Under the pieces are notes generated by a model, which saw nothing but the letters and a program-made list of their open reading frames with translations, was not told where the DNA came from and made no database searches. DNA of 64,000 nt from a virus (taxonomy: Duplodnaviria > Caudoviricetes). Below, one piece after another: positions 46,992 through 56,347 of this stretch (its first letter is position 1; every line of letters begins with the position of its first letter). Position numbers and translations under genes: made by a program. Location of the stretch: positions 953 through 64,952 of IMG/VR virus record IMGVR_UViG_3300020042_006673. One strand, 5' to 3'.

Positions 46992-48643
46992 TGGGAAAGA
47001 TAGTTCAGAAAAATCTACCTTGCCTTAGCCCTACTTGTGGTTCTTCTGATGCGAGACAACTCTATGAAGACGGCTCATCACATTGTTTCTCTTGTAAGAA
47101 AACCTTCAGGGGAGCTGCAGCTAGTTTTGTAGCACCATCTAAAGTTGTACCTGAAGAGGGATTTAAGAAAGTTCCATATACTAAAATGCCAACAATTGAG
47201 GAGATTGCTGAGTTTCCCACTAGAGGTTTCGTAGAACGTAAGATTACAAAGGACATATGTGAGTTCTTCGGAGTTAAGGTCAGTTACGATGAAGATGGTG
47301 AAATAGATACTCATTATTATCCTTATCATGATGGGCTAGGCTTCAAAGTTAGAAAACTACCGAAGACATTTACATTTATAGGCAAGTCACCTTCTTTGTT
47401 TGGCAGAGAAAAATTTGCTGGTGGTGGAAAAAGATTGGTGATTGTTGAAGGCGAAATGGACGCACTGTCGATGGCGCAAGCTCATTTCGATCAGTATAAG
47501 AAGATATATCCGGTAATAGGACTGCCATCTGCAACCTCTGTTAATCAATTGCTAGAACATAGAGAGTGGATACGAAGTTTTCAGGAGGTCGTTCTATGCC
47601 TTGATAATGACAAGGCTGGACAAGAAGCTTTAGAAATTGCAATAAAAATAGTCGGATTTGACAAAGCCAAAATTGCTGTATTGCCTGAAAAAGATTCAAG
47701 TGATGTTCTTGTCAAACTAGGCTACAAGATTTTAATACAAGCCGTCTGGGATGCTGCTCCATATACACCATCAAGTATCATTAAGACTAAAAACCTATGG
47801 GAAAATCTAGTTGCATATAATAAGGTTAAGGCAGTTCCTTATCCAGATTGTATGGAAGGCGTTAATGAGAAATTAGACGGTATGCGGCCTGGTGAAATTG
47901 TATTGTTTATCTCAGGGACAGGTTCGGGTAAAAGTACATTATCTAGAGAGATTATGATTCATCTGAAAAGATCAACTCAAGCTAAGATTGGCATTATATC
48001 TTTAGAGGAGAGCCCTGCTGAGACTGCTAGAAAACTAAGTGGTATGGCTATCGATAGAAATCCAGCAAACTCTGAAATTTCGATTGATGATCTAAAAGTT
48101 GGATTCGATGAAATATTTGGCGATGAGCGTATTCTCATGCTAGATCACCAAGGCTCCATTAGAGACTCTAGTATAATTGATACGTTAGAATACATGGCGT
48201 TGACAGGCTGTGAGTATATTTTCGTAGATCATATTACTATGTTAGTCTCAGAAGGCTCAGAGGGGTTGAGTGGTAATGAAGCAATCGATGCAATGATGAA
48301 TTCATTATTAAGAGTAGTTAAGAAACATCCTGTATGGATCGGTTTAGTATCTCACTTACGGAAAGCCCCTACATCTGTTAAGAGTTTCGAACAAGGTGTT
48401 ATGCCAACATTAGATGACATAAAAGGTAGTGGTTCTATCAAACAAGTGTCTTTTGATGTGATCGCATTCGCAAGGGATATGACAGCGCCTGAAGAGACTG
48501 TAAGAAATACTGTAAATATGTCTGTATTGAAGGCACGTACCACTGGACGAACTGGCCCTGCTAAGAGTGCTTATTATCTTATGGATAAAGGTCGTCTGGT
48601 AGAGATAAGTAAAGCACCTCGTGAAGAGTTCACTGTACTTTAG
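46991..48643 (+). CDS. DNA primase-helicase (T7 gp4-like)
   Basis: Zn finger CLSPTCGSSD...CFSC, TOPRIM IVEGEMDAL and LCLDND, Walker A SGTGSGKS, FVDHI, KGSGSIKQ. Confidence 0.96.
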   Translation: MGKIVQKNLPCLSPTCGSSDARQLYEDGSSHCFSCKKTFRGAAASFVAPSKVVPEEGFKKVPYTKMPTIEEIAEFPTRGFVERKITKDICEFFGVKVSYDEDGEIDTHYYPYHDGLGFKVRKLPKTFTFIGKSPSLFGREKFAGGGKRLVIVEGEMDALSMAQAHFDQYKKIYPVIGLPSATSVNQLLEHREWIRSFQEVVLCLDNDKAGQEALEIAIKIVGFDKAKIAVLPEKDSSDVLVKLGYKILIQAVWDAAPYTPSSIIKTKNLWENLVAYNKVKAVPYPDCMEGVNEKLDGMRPGEIVLFISGTGSGKSTLSREIMIHLKRSTQAKIGIISLEESPAETARKLSGMAIDRNPANSEISIDDLKVGFDEIFGDERILMLDHQGSIRDSSIIDTLEYMALTGCEYIFVDHITMLVSEGSEGLSGNEAIDAMMNSLLRVVKKHPVWIGLVSHLRKAPTSVKSFEQGVMPTLDDIKGSGSIKQVSFDVIAFARDMTAPEETVRNTVNMSVLKARTTGRTGPAKSAYYLMDKGRLVEISKAPREEFTVL

Positions 48644-48649
48644 TAACAC

Positions 48650-48680
48650 ACCCAACCCTAATACGGTTGGGTTTAATTTT
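48650..48680 (+). terminator. Probable intrinsic terminator after primase-helicase
   Basis: ACCCAACC-CTAATAC-GGTTGGGT followed by TTAATTTT. Confidence 0.6.
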
Positions 48681-48684
48681 AAAG

Positions 48685-48714
48685 TATACACGATTATAGA
48701 ACTAATGTTATAAT
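48685..48714 (+). promoter_or_regulatory. Possible sigma70-type extended -10 promoter
   Basis: TATACA-18 nt-TATAAT with TGn extension (TGTTATAAT 48706-14). Confidence 0.4.
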
Positions 48715-48733
48715 ATGCCAAAAGGAGAAAGAG

Positions 48734-48874
48734 ATGAATGAAATTGTTATTATATTGAGGGATGGCAAATTCGTATTCTACTTATATGGTTATTGGCATG
48801 AATACGATGGTTATATTGAGGCAAGCGTGGCATTGAAATCAGAACTAGATTTCATATTTTCTGATGATTCTTAA
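48734..48874 (+). CDS. Small hypothetical protein (46 aa)
   Basis: AAGGAG RBS; hand-translated. Confidence 0.5.
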   Translation: MNEIVIILRDGKFVFYLYGYWHEYDGYIEASVALKSELDFIFSDDS

Positions 48875-48892
48875 TGAGAGGATTGTGCTATT

Positions 48893-49324
48893 GTGAATAA
48901 GTACGGTATATCGAAATGGGATGTAAGGTTTATGGAAATGGCCAAGGTAATTGCTACATGGTCTAAAGATCCTGCTAAACCAGTCGGAGCGCTTATCACT
49001 ACACCACGTAATACTATTGTGAGTTTAGGATTTAATGGCTACCCTGCAGGTATTCCAGATAATCCAAACGACATTCGAGAAATTAAGTTACTGAGAACTA
49101 TTCATGCTGAAGAGAATGCTATTTTATTTGCTATGCGAGATTTGTCAGGGCATTCTATATATGTCACACATGACCCATGTGCTAATTGTGCTGCTAAGAT
49201 AATTCAAGTAGGAATCACATCAGTATATTCAGGAAAGGAAATGGTAAATAAATGGAGCATTTCAAGTAATGAGGGTAAGTCGATGTTTAAAGAAGCTGGT
49301 GTGGCCTTCATAACGATGTACTAA
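48893..49324 (+). CDS. dCMP deaminase
   Basis: WSKDPAKPVGA, GFNGYP, IHAEENAI, THDPCANCA Zn motif. Confidence 0.92.
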   Translation: MNKYGISKWDVRFMEMAKVIATWSKDPAKPVGALITTPRNTIVSLGFNGYPAGIPDNPNDIREIKLLRTIHAEENAILFAMRDLSGHSIYVTHDPCANCAAKIIQVGITSVYSGKEMVNKWSISSNEGKSMFKEAGVAFITMY

Positions 49325-49341
49325 TTTAAGAGGATAAGAAA

Positions 49342-49752
49342 ATGATACCACGTAATTTTGCAATAGCACGTGCAGCCAAAATAATTAATTTACTAAACTT
49401 TATCTTTACGAATAATCCTAAGGAAGTTTATACAATTGATTCACTGTTGAAGATGGCAGACGTGGCGGAAATTGTTGACAACCGAGGTTCATTACAGAAT
49501 CAACTAAAGAAGCTCTGGATACAACGTGTGGTAACAAAAGTTTCTGTTTCTATTCCTGGTGCACCTAATATTCGTTATGGATACCGTTTAAGGACAAGTA
49601 ACGAGTTGCCTGAAACAAAAACAATCGTTAATAAAGATATTATTAAAGAAAAAGATGAGGGAATTCCTGTAGATATAAAGGTAAGTAAGTCTACTGGTGC
49701 TATTATATTAAAAGTTAAAGGTGTTTCAATTTCAATCACAATTACTGAATAG
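49342..49752 (+). CDS. Hypothetical, possibly winged-helix DNA-binding protein
   Basis: GAGG RBS; basic helical N-terminus. Confidence 0.55.
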   Translation: MIPRNFAIARAAKIINLLNFIFTNNPKEVYTIDSLLKMADVAEIVDNRGSLQNQLKKLWIQRVVTKVSVSIPGAPNIRYGYRLRTSNELPETKTIVNKDIIKEKDEGIPVDIKVSKSTGAIILKVKGVSISITITE

Positions 49753-49906
49753 GAGATTTAAATGGCTGTTTTAGTTCTGGAGAAAGAAGACATTATTAAA
49801 ATTTGTGAAGATTGGTTCACTAACAAGTACCCAGATGTCGAAATGAAAGACTTAGAAGTGATCTTCGACCGTGATGAGGATACCTTCACGATGGAGATTT
49901 TTACTG

Positions 49907-50821
49907 ATGTTTAAACCGATGCTTGCCCCAAATAATGATCCAATGAAAGATTCTGAGTTCTTTCGAGGCTTGAGGTTCCCACTGTATTGCTCCCCTAAGT
50001 TAGATGGGATTCGATGTATTACATCGGCAGGTTCTTGTTTCAGTAGAAGTTTTAAGACAATACCTAACCATCAAATACAAGATTTATTTTCATCGTGGGA
50101 GGGGCTGGACGGAGAACTGATCCTGGGAGATGAAACAGATTTCGATGTGTACAACCGAACACAGTCCCATGTTATGTCTTTCTTCACTAGATCAGAGAAG
50201 ATTCGTTTCAGAGTATTTGACTCGATTAGCCTTGATTTGGCAAAAGAGCCTTTCAGAGATCGTCTAGAACATGCTAGGATCCTAATTGAGGAGTATGAAG
50301 AGATCTTAGGGGTAGGCCGTGTTAGCCTGGTCACACATACTTTATGTGAAACCTTAGAAGACCTCTTAGAGTATGAAGCCTCCCAATTGGCATTAGGCTA
50401 TGAAGGTATTATGATGAGGGATCCTTTAGGGATTTATAAACATGGCCGTGGCACCTTTAGGGAAGGCTTGATATATAAACTGAAGCGGTTTCAAGATGAT
50501 GAAGGCGTCATAACTGGATTTATCGAACAGACAACAAATACCAATATCCAAACAAGGGATGTCCTTGGTCGTGCTGAACGCTCTACTGCAAAAGCAGGAC
50601 TGGCCCAAGCGGGTACATTAGGTAAACTGTTGGTTGATTTTCAAGGTGATGAAATTTCAGTTGCGTTAGGTTGTTTAACGCACCCTCAAAGATTGCATAT
50701 TTGGGAGAACCAGAATACGTTCTTGGGTAAGATGATTAAGTTCAGACATTTTCCACACGGTGTCAAGACCTTACCTAGGTTTCCTAGAGTAGTTGGATTT
50801 AGAGAGGATATCGATTTATGA
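49907..50821 (+). CDS. ATP-dependent DNA ligase
   Basis: FKPMLA, SPKLDGIR (KxDG), LDGELI, YEGIMMR, YKLKRF, PRFP; start moved to ATG 49907. Confidence 0.95.
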   Translation: MFKPMLAPNNDPMKDSEFFRGLRFPLYCSPKLDGIRCITSAGSCFSRSFKTIPNHQIQDLFSSWEGLDGELILGDETDFDVYNRTQSHVMSFFTRSEKIRFRVFDSISLDLAKEPFRDRLEHARILIEEYEEILGVGRVSLVTHTLCETLEDLLEYEASQLALGYEGIMMRDPLGIYKHGRGTFREGLIYKLKRFQDDEGVITGFIEQTTNTNIQTRDVLGRAERSTAKAGLAQAGTLGKLLVDFQGDEISVALGCLTHPQRLHIWENQNTFLGKMIKFRHFPHGVKTLPRFPRVVGFREDIDL

Positions 50822-51285
50822 AATTCAAAGCAGGATGCACTGTTCAACATTGTAAGTCAGGAGGCCTTTATGAGATTTTATTCGACCCCAGTCTGGCCAT
50901 ACTAGAAGCGACAGGGAAAGCTGCTTACATTTATCAATCAAAACAAGGGCTTGTCTTCGCCAGGGATAGAGAGCATATGGAGTCAGAAGGTCGCTTTATA
51001 GAGGTGGATGCTCCTTCTGAAACTTCTTTTGGGTTTGATAAAATTCTCGGAGAGGTGGCCAATGAGCGTGTTCGCCAGATCAGTAAATGGGGGCATAAAG
51101 TCGATAAGATATATTCGCCCCTAGACTGGCATGAAATGATTTCCGATTACAACGGGTGGGCTAGACGTATGGCTGCGATGGGTAGCCCACATAAGGCACG
51201 AACTCGGTATATACAGGTTGCTGCCTTGGCTATAGCTGCAGTGGAAGCTCTAGACGCACGTATTGATAAAGCTTTGGAGGTTTAG
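50818..51285 (+). CDS. Two-domain hypothetical protein (DUF1653-like N-terminus)
   Basis: QHCKSGGLYEI...YIYQS...FARD; C-terminal ERVRQISKWG...IQVAALAIAAVE. Confidence 0.6.
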   Translation: MKFKAGCTVQHCKSGGLYEILFDPSLAILEATGKAAYIYQSKQGLVFARDREHMESEGRFIEVDAPSETSFGFDKILGEVANERVRQISKWGHKVDKIYSPLDWHEMISDYNGWARRMAAMGSPHKARTRYIQVAALAIAAVEALDARIDKALEV

Positions 51286-51290
51286 TACCA

Positions 51291-52504
51291 ATGGTAGTAG
51301 GCATAGATGGAGATATGTGGTATTGTTCTAATGGAGTATGCCTAGACGCGAGTAATAGTAAAATTGCATTTGGAAGAACTCTTAAGGATGCTGTATTGAC
51401 ATACAGGGACGACTTCAATGAACCTAATGCACGAGTCCACGATAGGTTCCTCAAGTACTGGGACAACACACCTGAGGAGTATTATCGAGAACCAACTAGA
51501 CAACTTTTTTAAAGGAGATATAATGTTTATTATGATACACGAATCAGGAGATATGCTTGCGTTACCTGCTCTGACAGAGGATGACCTTTCGGCTGCAAAA
51601 GATGGTGTGGTTACATTAATTCGGATATCTGATGTGAATACGCCAGAAACATACATCGGAGATGAGTGGGTCATGATTCCACTTGTAGATGACCCTCTAG
51701 AGGTACTGAGTCAGGGGCTTAATAATGCGACATCTTAGTAGAAACGTTGGTGAGCCACTAAGCCGTTCTGTGGCTTATATAATGAGCTACGACATTAAAA
51801 AAGCAATGGCAGGAGGTGTTCCCATCACACGGCGTGGTGATATCGTAACAAACTTGTGCGTGATATGCGAAAGGGTGTCTGACAACTTTGGATCATTAAC
51901 CCAGGAGTGCCAAGTCGAGCTTATGGGTTTTATCGGTAGCCGCCAACATCTTTGGGATCTCGAAGGTTGTTCGCTATTAGGTAAACAGCTAGATATCGTA
52001 AAGGTAGATCCATGCCCATGACAACACAATATCAAGGGGCTAGATCAGGAGCCCTGGTTGAAATACTAGGTATGCCACCTAGTTACAAATATGCGAGTAA
52101 GTTCCTAAAGAATACATATGTACGCTTGTACTCGACAGGTACCGTCTGGAGTGTTGGTGGAAGACGCTTTATGACAGCTTGGATCAAGCCCCTAGGTTTA
52201 CCTAAGTGGTTTCCAGAAGATAAGGGGCCTTGGTGTATTTCGTTTGAGTTTAGGAGGGTACCTTCTTATGTCAGAAAACACTGGGATGTTAAGTGACAAG
52301 ATTGAAGAAGTTCGTTATCTAGTAGCATTACAGAAATCCTTATATCTAGAGACTAGAGGTAAATTGGATAAGGAGTATTCTGTGTATGACCTGGTTAAAC
52401 ATAAGTTTGGGTTTAAAGGTTATCGACCTCGTGTCTTAGCACAATTAGAAGAGTTAATTGTTGTAAAAAAGAAAGAACTACAGGAGCTTAAGAATGAAAC
52501 ATAA
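51291..52504 (+). other. Cluster of about five small hypothetical CDS (51291-51512, ~51510-51738, 51725-52021, 52012-52296, ~52270-52504)
   Basis: Tightly coupled + strand ORFs with RBSs; no recognisable motifs. Confidence 0.55.
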
Positions 52505-53318
52505 ACATGAACGAGCAAGGTTATACAAAGTCATTATGCAGTACTTTGGTATTAATGAGATTGTAGTCTTGGGGGATGATGGTTCTGAAGATAAGTACCG
52601 GACGGGTGAAGCCAGAGTAAGCGCTTTACATCTTGTTCTTCAAAAATTATCAGATTTAAACGTAATGGTATGTGGAGGTACCACTTTGTCTATCTTCACT
52701 GATACCCCAGTCAATGATCTTGATTTTTATATGAAAGATCCTTCGCTTATAGGCCAAGTAAAAGCGTTCTTACATGAGTATTTTAATCACGGTGAACCGT
52801 TTTTCACTCAGAATGCGATTACATACAAGCGTAAGCAGGTCTCTAGTCGAAGAGTTTTTGTAGCACAGCTCATAACCCGATTTTCAGGATTGCCCGAGAT
52901 GATTTTCGATGACTTCGATTTCACCATAACGCATTCAGCATATGACTTCAGGGAGCGAGCCTTTGTAGTGGGTGATCGATTCTTCGAAGATGTGGCTAAG
53001 CGTAAGCTTGTTTATGCTGGAAAATCACATTACCCTATTTGTGCGCTACATAGAACTATTAAATACCAAAAACGTGGGTACACAGTATCAGGCATTACAC
53101 TAATGCACATCGCATTATCAATTGTACAACTCGAGATCAAATCGTATGCTGATTTGAAAGAACAATTGATGGGTGTTGACACAATGCTCTTACAAGGTCT
53201 TCTAGAGAAGCATGACATGGCCGCGCCGGTGGAGTACGGTGAGTTTCTAGCCGAAGTATTTCAGCATATTGATAATGATTTCGATAGGTCAGATGAGGAT
53301 CCTCTGGTATATAATTAA
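52494..53318 (+). CDS. Nucleotidyltransferase (Pol beta superfamily, CCA/poly(A) head-like)
   Basis: VCGGTTLSIFTDTPVNDLDFY (GG-x9-DxD), DFDFT, RTIKYQKRGY. Confidence 0.7.
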   Translation: MKHKHERARLYKVIMQYFGINEIVVLGDDGSEDKYRTGEARVSALHLVLQKLSDLNVMVCGGTTLSIFTDTPVNDLDFYMKDPSLIGQVKAFLHEYFNHGEPFFTQNAITYKRKQVSSRRVFVAQLITRFSGLPEMIFDDFDFTITHSAYDFRERAFVVGDRFFEDVAKRKLVYAGKSHYPICALHRTIKYQKRGYTVSGITLMHIALSIVQLEIKSYADLKEQLMGVDTMLLQGLLEKHDMAAPVEYGEFLAEVFQHIDNDFDRSDEDPLVYN

Positions 53319-53807
53319 AGAGGCTTATATGGAAATTAATGAAATCAAGGTTGGGATGTATGTTGTAAAAAGAAAAGACCCACTTAGTTTAGTCTATACA
53401 GTATCTGAAGTCAAGTTTAATATGGTCCGTCTTGTATGTCGTGTATTTAGTAAAGGCATGGGTAATCTAGTTGATGCAGGTTTAATATCACCAAATGATT
53501 TAGAGATACCTTCTAGAAGACAACTTAGAAAAATAGGAGTTAGAATATGAATAATAAATTTAGTAAGAACTTTAGTGAGCACTCAAATCAAAGGTTCTTG
53601 ACAGAGACTGTTGAAAAGTCACCATATGGTGAAATGACAGGCGTATTTATTATCGAGGCTATGCGTTTTTATTCAGAAATGATTAAGGAGACTATTGATC
53701 CGAATACTGAGAATAACGCGATTGTTTCACCTAAACTATGGCATGATATAGCTATATACGTATCAGAAGCAATCCAGTCCAACTTTAATGACCAATCAAA
53801 GGGATGA
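53269..53807 (+). other. Two small hypothetical CDS (~53329-53550, 53547-53807)
   Basis: Coupled ORFs with RBS. Confidence 0.55.
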
Positions 53808-53808
53808 T

Positions 53809-54663
53809 ATGAAACCAATTGTTGTATACCACAAAGACTGTAATGATGGTTTTGGTGCCGCCTGGTGTTTCCACCATTTTCTTGGTGATTGCGAGTTCCA
53901 CCCTGGTGTTTATCAAGAGAGACCCCAGATTGATTTCTTCAACAAGGATGTGTATCTAGTAGACTTTAGCTACCCACGTAGTGTAGTTGAAGAGATCTTA
54001 CTAGTGGCAAACAGTGTCACGATCATAGATCACCACAAGACTGCTATTGAGGCCTTGTGGGATTTGACATCAAGTGGCTTACAGATGCATTGTAATGAGA
54101 ATATATCAGGTTCTAACTTAGCATGGCGGTATCTAAACAGACAACTTAAGAAGCCTAAGCCAATGCCGTTGCTGTTAGCGTACATAAACGACCGTGATCT
54201 CTGGGTGGAGGCTTATAAGAACGGAAAAGATGTCCATTTAGCTTTAAGCCTCGAACAGAAGAGTTTTACCGTATGGGATAAGATCATTAAAGCTGGTCCC
54301 AGAGGCGTTGCAAAGCTAGCTCAAAAAGGTGCGATCTTAAGAGAGTATCAGGAGAAGCTTATTGATGAGATAATCCTGAATAGCACCAGGATTATTCAAT
54401 TTGAAGGAGAGTTTGTATCTATTGTAAATTGCCCTCACTCTTTGACATCTGATTTGTGTGATCGGTTTACGTTGGATGCGCCTTTCGTAATCACATATTA
54501 TGACTCTGAGAAGACTAGAAATTTCAGTTTACGATCTAATAAAGACAATCCAAATGCAGTTGATGTATCTAAGATTGCTGTTAAATACGGCGGAGGTGGT
54601 CATAAGCATGCCGCTGGATTTAAAATTGAACGTAAACCATCAAGTGAGTTATCAGAATTATGA
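53809..54663 (+). CDS. DHH/DHHA1 phosphoesterase
   Basis: YHKDCNDGF, LVDFS, IIDHHKTA, DRDLW, GGGGHKHAAGF. Confidence 0.9.
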   Translation: MKPIVVYHKDCNDGFGAAWCFHHFLGDCEFHPGVYQERPQIDFFNKDVYLVDFSYPRSVVEEILLVANSVTIIDHHKTAIEALWDLTSSGLQMHCNENISGSNLAWRYLNRQLKKPKPMPLLLAYINDRDLWVEAYKNGKDVHLALSLEQKSFTVWDKIIKAGPRGVAKLAQKGAILREYQEKLIDEIILNSTRIIQFEGEFVSIVNCPHSLTSDLCDRFTLDAPFVITYYDSEKTRNFSLRSNKDNPNAVDVSKIAVKYGGGGHKHAAGFKIERKPSSELSEL

Positions 54664-54869
54664 AACCTAAATATTTCACGTACAAGGGTGTAGTCTACAT
54701 GAAAGTAACACCATGTAAGCTACTTTTTCATTCAACAACAATTCATGAAGTAGTGAATAGAGGAGATATCTTTGCGATAAATATGGAAACTTACGTACTA
54801 ACCGTTGTACCACGTGTGGCCTACTTCCCCGAGACACTAGGGCAGTCAGCTGCGCAAACGCCTCCATAG
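54660..54869 (+). CDS. Hypothetical protein
   Basis: ATGA-coupled, 69 aa. Confidence 0.55.
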   Translation: MKPKYFTYKGVVYMKVTPCKLLFHSTTIHEVVNRGDIFAINMETYVLTVVPRVAYFPETLGQSAAQTPP

Positions 54870-54903
54870 GCCAGCCAGAGGGTGCCTACTCGGCACTTTT
54901 TCC

Positions 54904-54927
54904 GGCAGGGATGGGGGCAGGGATGGG
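54904..54927 (+). repeat. 12-bp tandem repeat GGCAGGGATGGG x2 in GC-rich intergenic island
   Basis: Direct reading of 54904-54915 and 54916-54927. Confidence 0.9.
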
Positions 54928-54973
54928 GCATTTTTCAGGGGCACAGGGGACCACCTGGCGCAAACTGGCTATG

Positions 54974-54992
54974 CTCGACCCCGTTAAATTAA
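54974..54992 (+). promoter_or_regulatory. Motif B copy 2 (CTCGACCCCGTTAAATTAA)
   Basis: Exact repeat of 32940-32958; upstream of the codon-biased gene 55142. Confidence 0.5.
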
Positions 54993-55141
54993 TGATATAT
55001 GAACGAAGTGAACGACTGCTGTTACAACCCGGACGGGGCAGTCGGGCGGCATACTGGCCGTTTTGTGACAAATCCCATACATGTGTATGGTTCAATAGTA
55101 ATCTAATAATGGGTTGCTAAATCAATTAAAGAGGATCTAAA

Positions 55142-55840
55142 ATGAGTACTGCATTGAAACAAGGTTTTGTAACTGAAGATGGTCAAGTTTTCACCAACCG
55201 TAACGATGCTCTGGAGCATATTCGTAAACCGCAGGTGATGTCCGTTTTGACCGTTCTATGCAATAAAGATGCCGATCTAGCATCGTTCTTGTATGAGAAG
55301 CGTGAAGATATTGCTGCTGCTTATGATACTGGTAAGATCCCGCGTGTTACTAAATCGCAACGTAAGGCCTTGGAAAAAGCCTTGGAGTATGCTGTTAGTT
55401 TGAATGATCCTAAACTGGAATTCATCAACAAGCACTATGAAGATATTTCTGCAAGTTTCCGTTGGCCTACCGTCTCCCGTCTGAAACCTGAAGAGCATGC
55501 TGGTGCAATTCAAGAAGCTTTGGCCAAATTGGTTGATGGTAACACTGAGTTGGCTGTTTGGATCATTAACAATAAAGATCAACTCTTGGCTGCATATGAG
55601 ACCGGTGTCGAGAAACGTGAAGTCAATCCGAAAGCTATGGAAAAGCTGGCTGAATACCGTGCACAACGTGCCGCTGACGCTGAGCGTATGCGTAAGGAAG
55701 ACGAGGCTGTCAAAGACGATCCTGTTGCTAAAGAGAAATTGGCAAAAGCTCGTGCTCAAGCTAAAGTCAAAGCTGCAGAAGAAAAAGCTGCTGCAAAGGC
55801 AGCTGAAGCCGCTGCTAAAGAAGCTGCTAAGGCTAAGTAA
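55142..55840 (+). CDS. Probably highly expressed hypothetical protein with Ala/Lys-rich C-tail
   Basis: GAGG RBS; capsid-like codon bias (CGT, GGT, GCT); AKAKAAEEKAAAKAAEAAAK tail. Confidence 0.85.
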   Translation: MSTALKQGFVTEDGQVFTNRNDALEHIRKPQVMSVLTVLCNKDADLASFLYEKREDIAAAYDTGKIPRVTKSQRKALEKALEYAVSLNDPKLEFINKHYEDISASFRWPTVSRLKPEEHAGAIQEALAKLVDGNTELAVWIINNKDQLLAAYETGVEKREVNPKAMEKLAEYRAQRAADAERMRKEDEAVKDDPVAKEKLAKARAQAKVKAAEEKAAAKAAEAAAKEAAKAK

Positions 55841-55864
55841 GTCTTGTGAGAGATTAAGAGAAAC

Positions 55865-56160
55865 CACTGCCTGAAAAGGGTGTCATTTCTCTGCTCTAAG
55901 GGCTTCGTCAATGTGCCTTGCTAATGTACAATGATCTCCTCCCCTGTGATTCTCCCCACAGGTCTTTTCTTCATAGTATATTAGCAAAATGACACGTCCC
56001 TGCTCCTCTTTAGACTATATGTCTAAACAGCTGGCAGGCCGTCTTTGTATCTATTAAGACACTCTTTGAGTTGCTTGATAGATTAGTGACTGATAGGATC
56101 AGACGCTTAGCGTTATTTCTATCACATATCTGTTATCCATTATGGCTCTAACAGAATGTA
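55865..56160 (+). ncRNA. Candidate structured non-coding RNA
   Basis: Nested stems 55880-88/55987-95, 55920-34/55971-85, 55943-48/55957-62, 56009-15/56021-27, 56091-98/56117-24, 56129-35/56149-55 in a ~500-nt gap with no credible ORF. Confidence 0.5.
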
Positions 56161-56347
56161 TTCTAAACTTATGCATTTATGCATTTGTTTAAATGGCTCT
56201 GAACTGATTGCCAAGTAAAATATGCCCTCGGCATACTACTAAAAATCATCTGCCCTATTATTGTCTTCGGACTTTAGTAGGGCATCAAGTTTTCGCCCTG
56301 CTGATATCCCCGGATATTGGTGGGGCTTTTTTACGAAAAGGTGATCT

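Noticed and set aside
55277-55867. 196-aa antisense ORF over gene 55142
   Set aside because: Same shadow effect from codon bias
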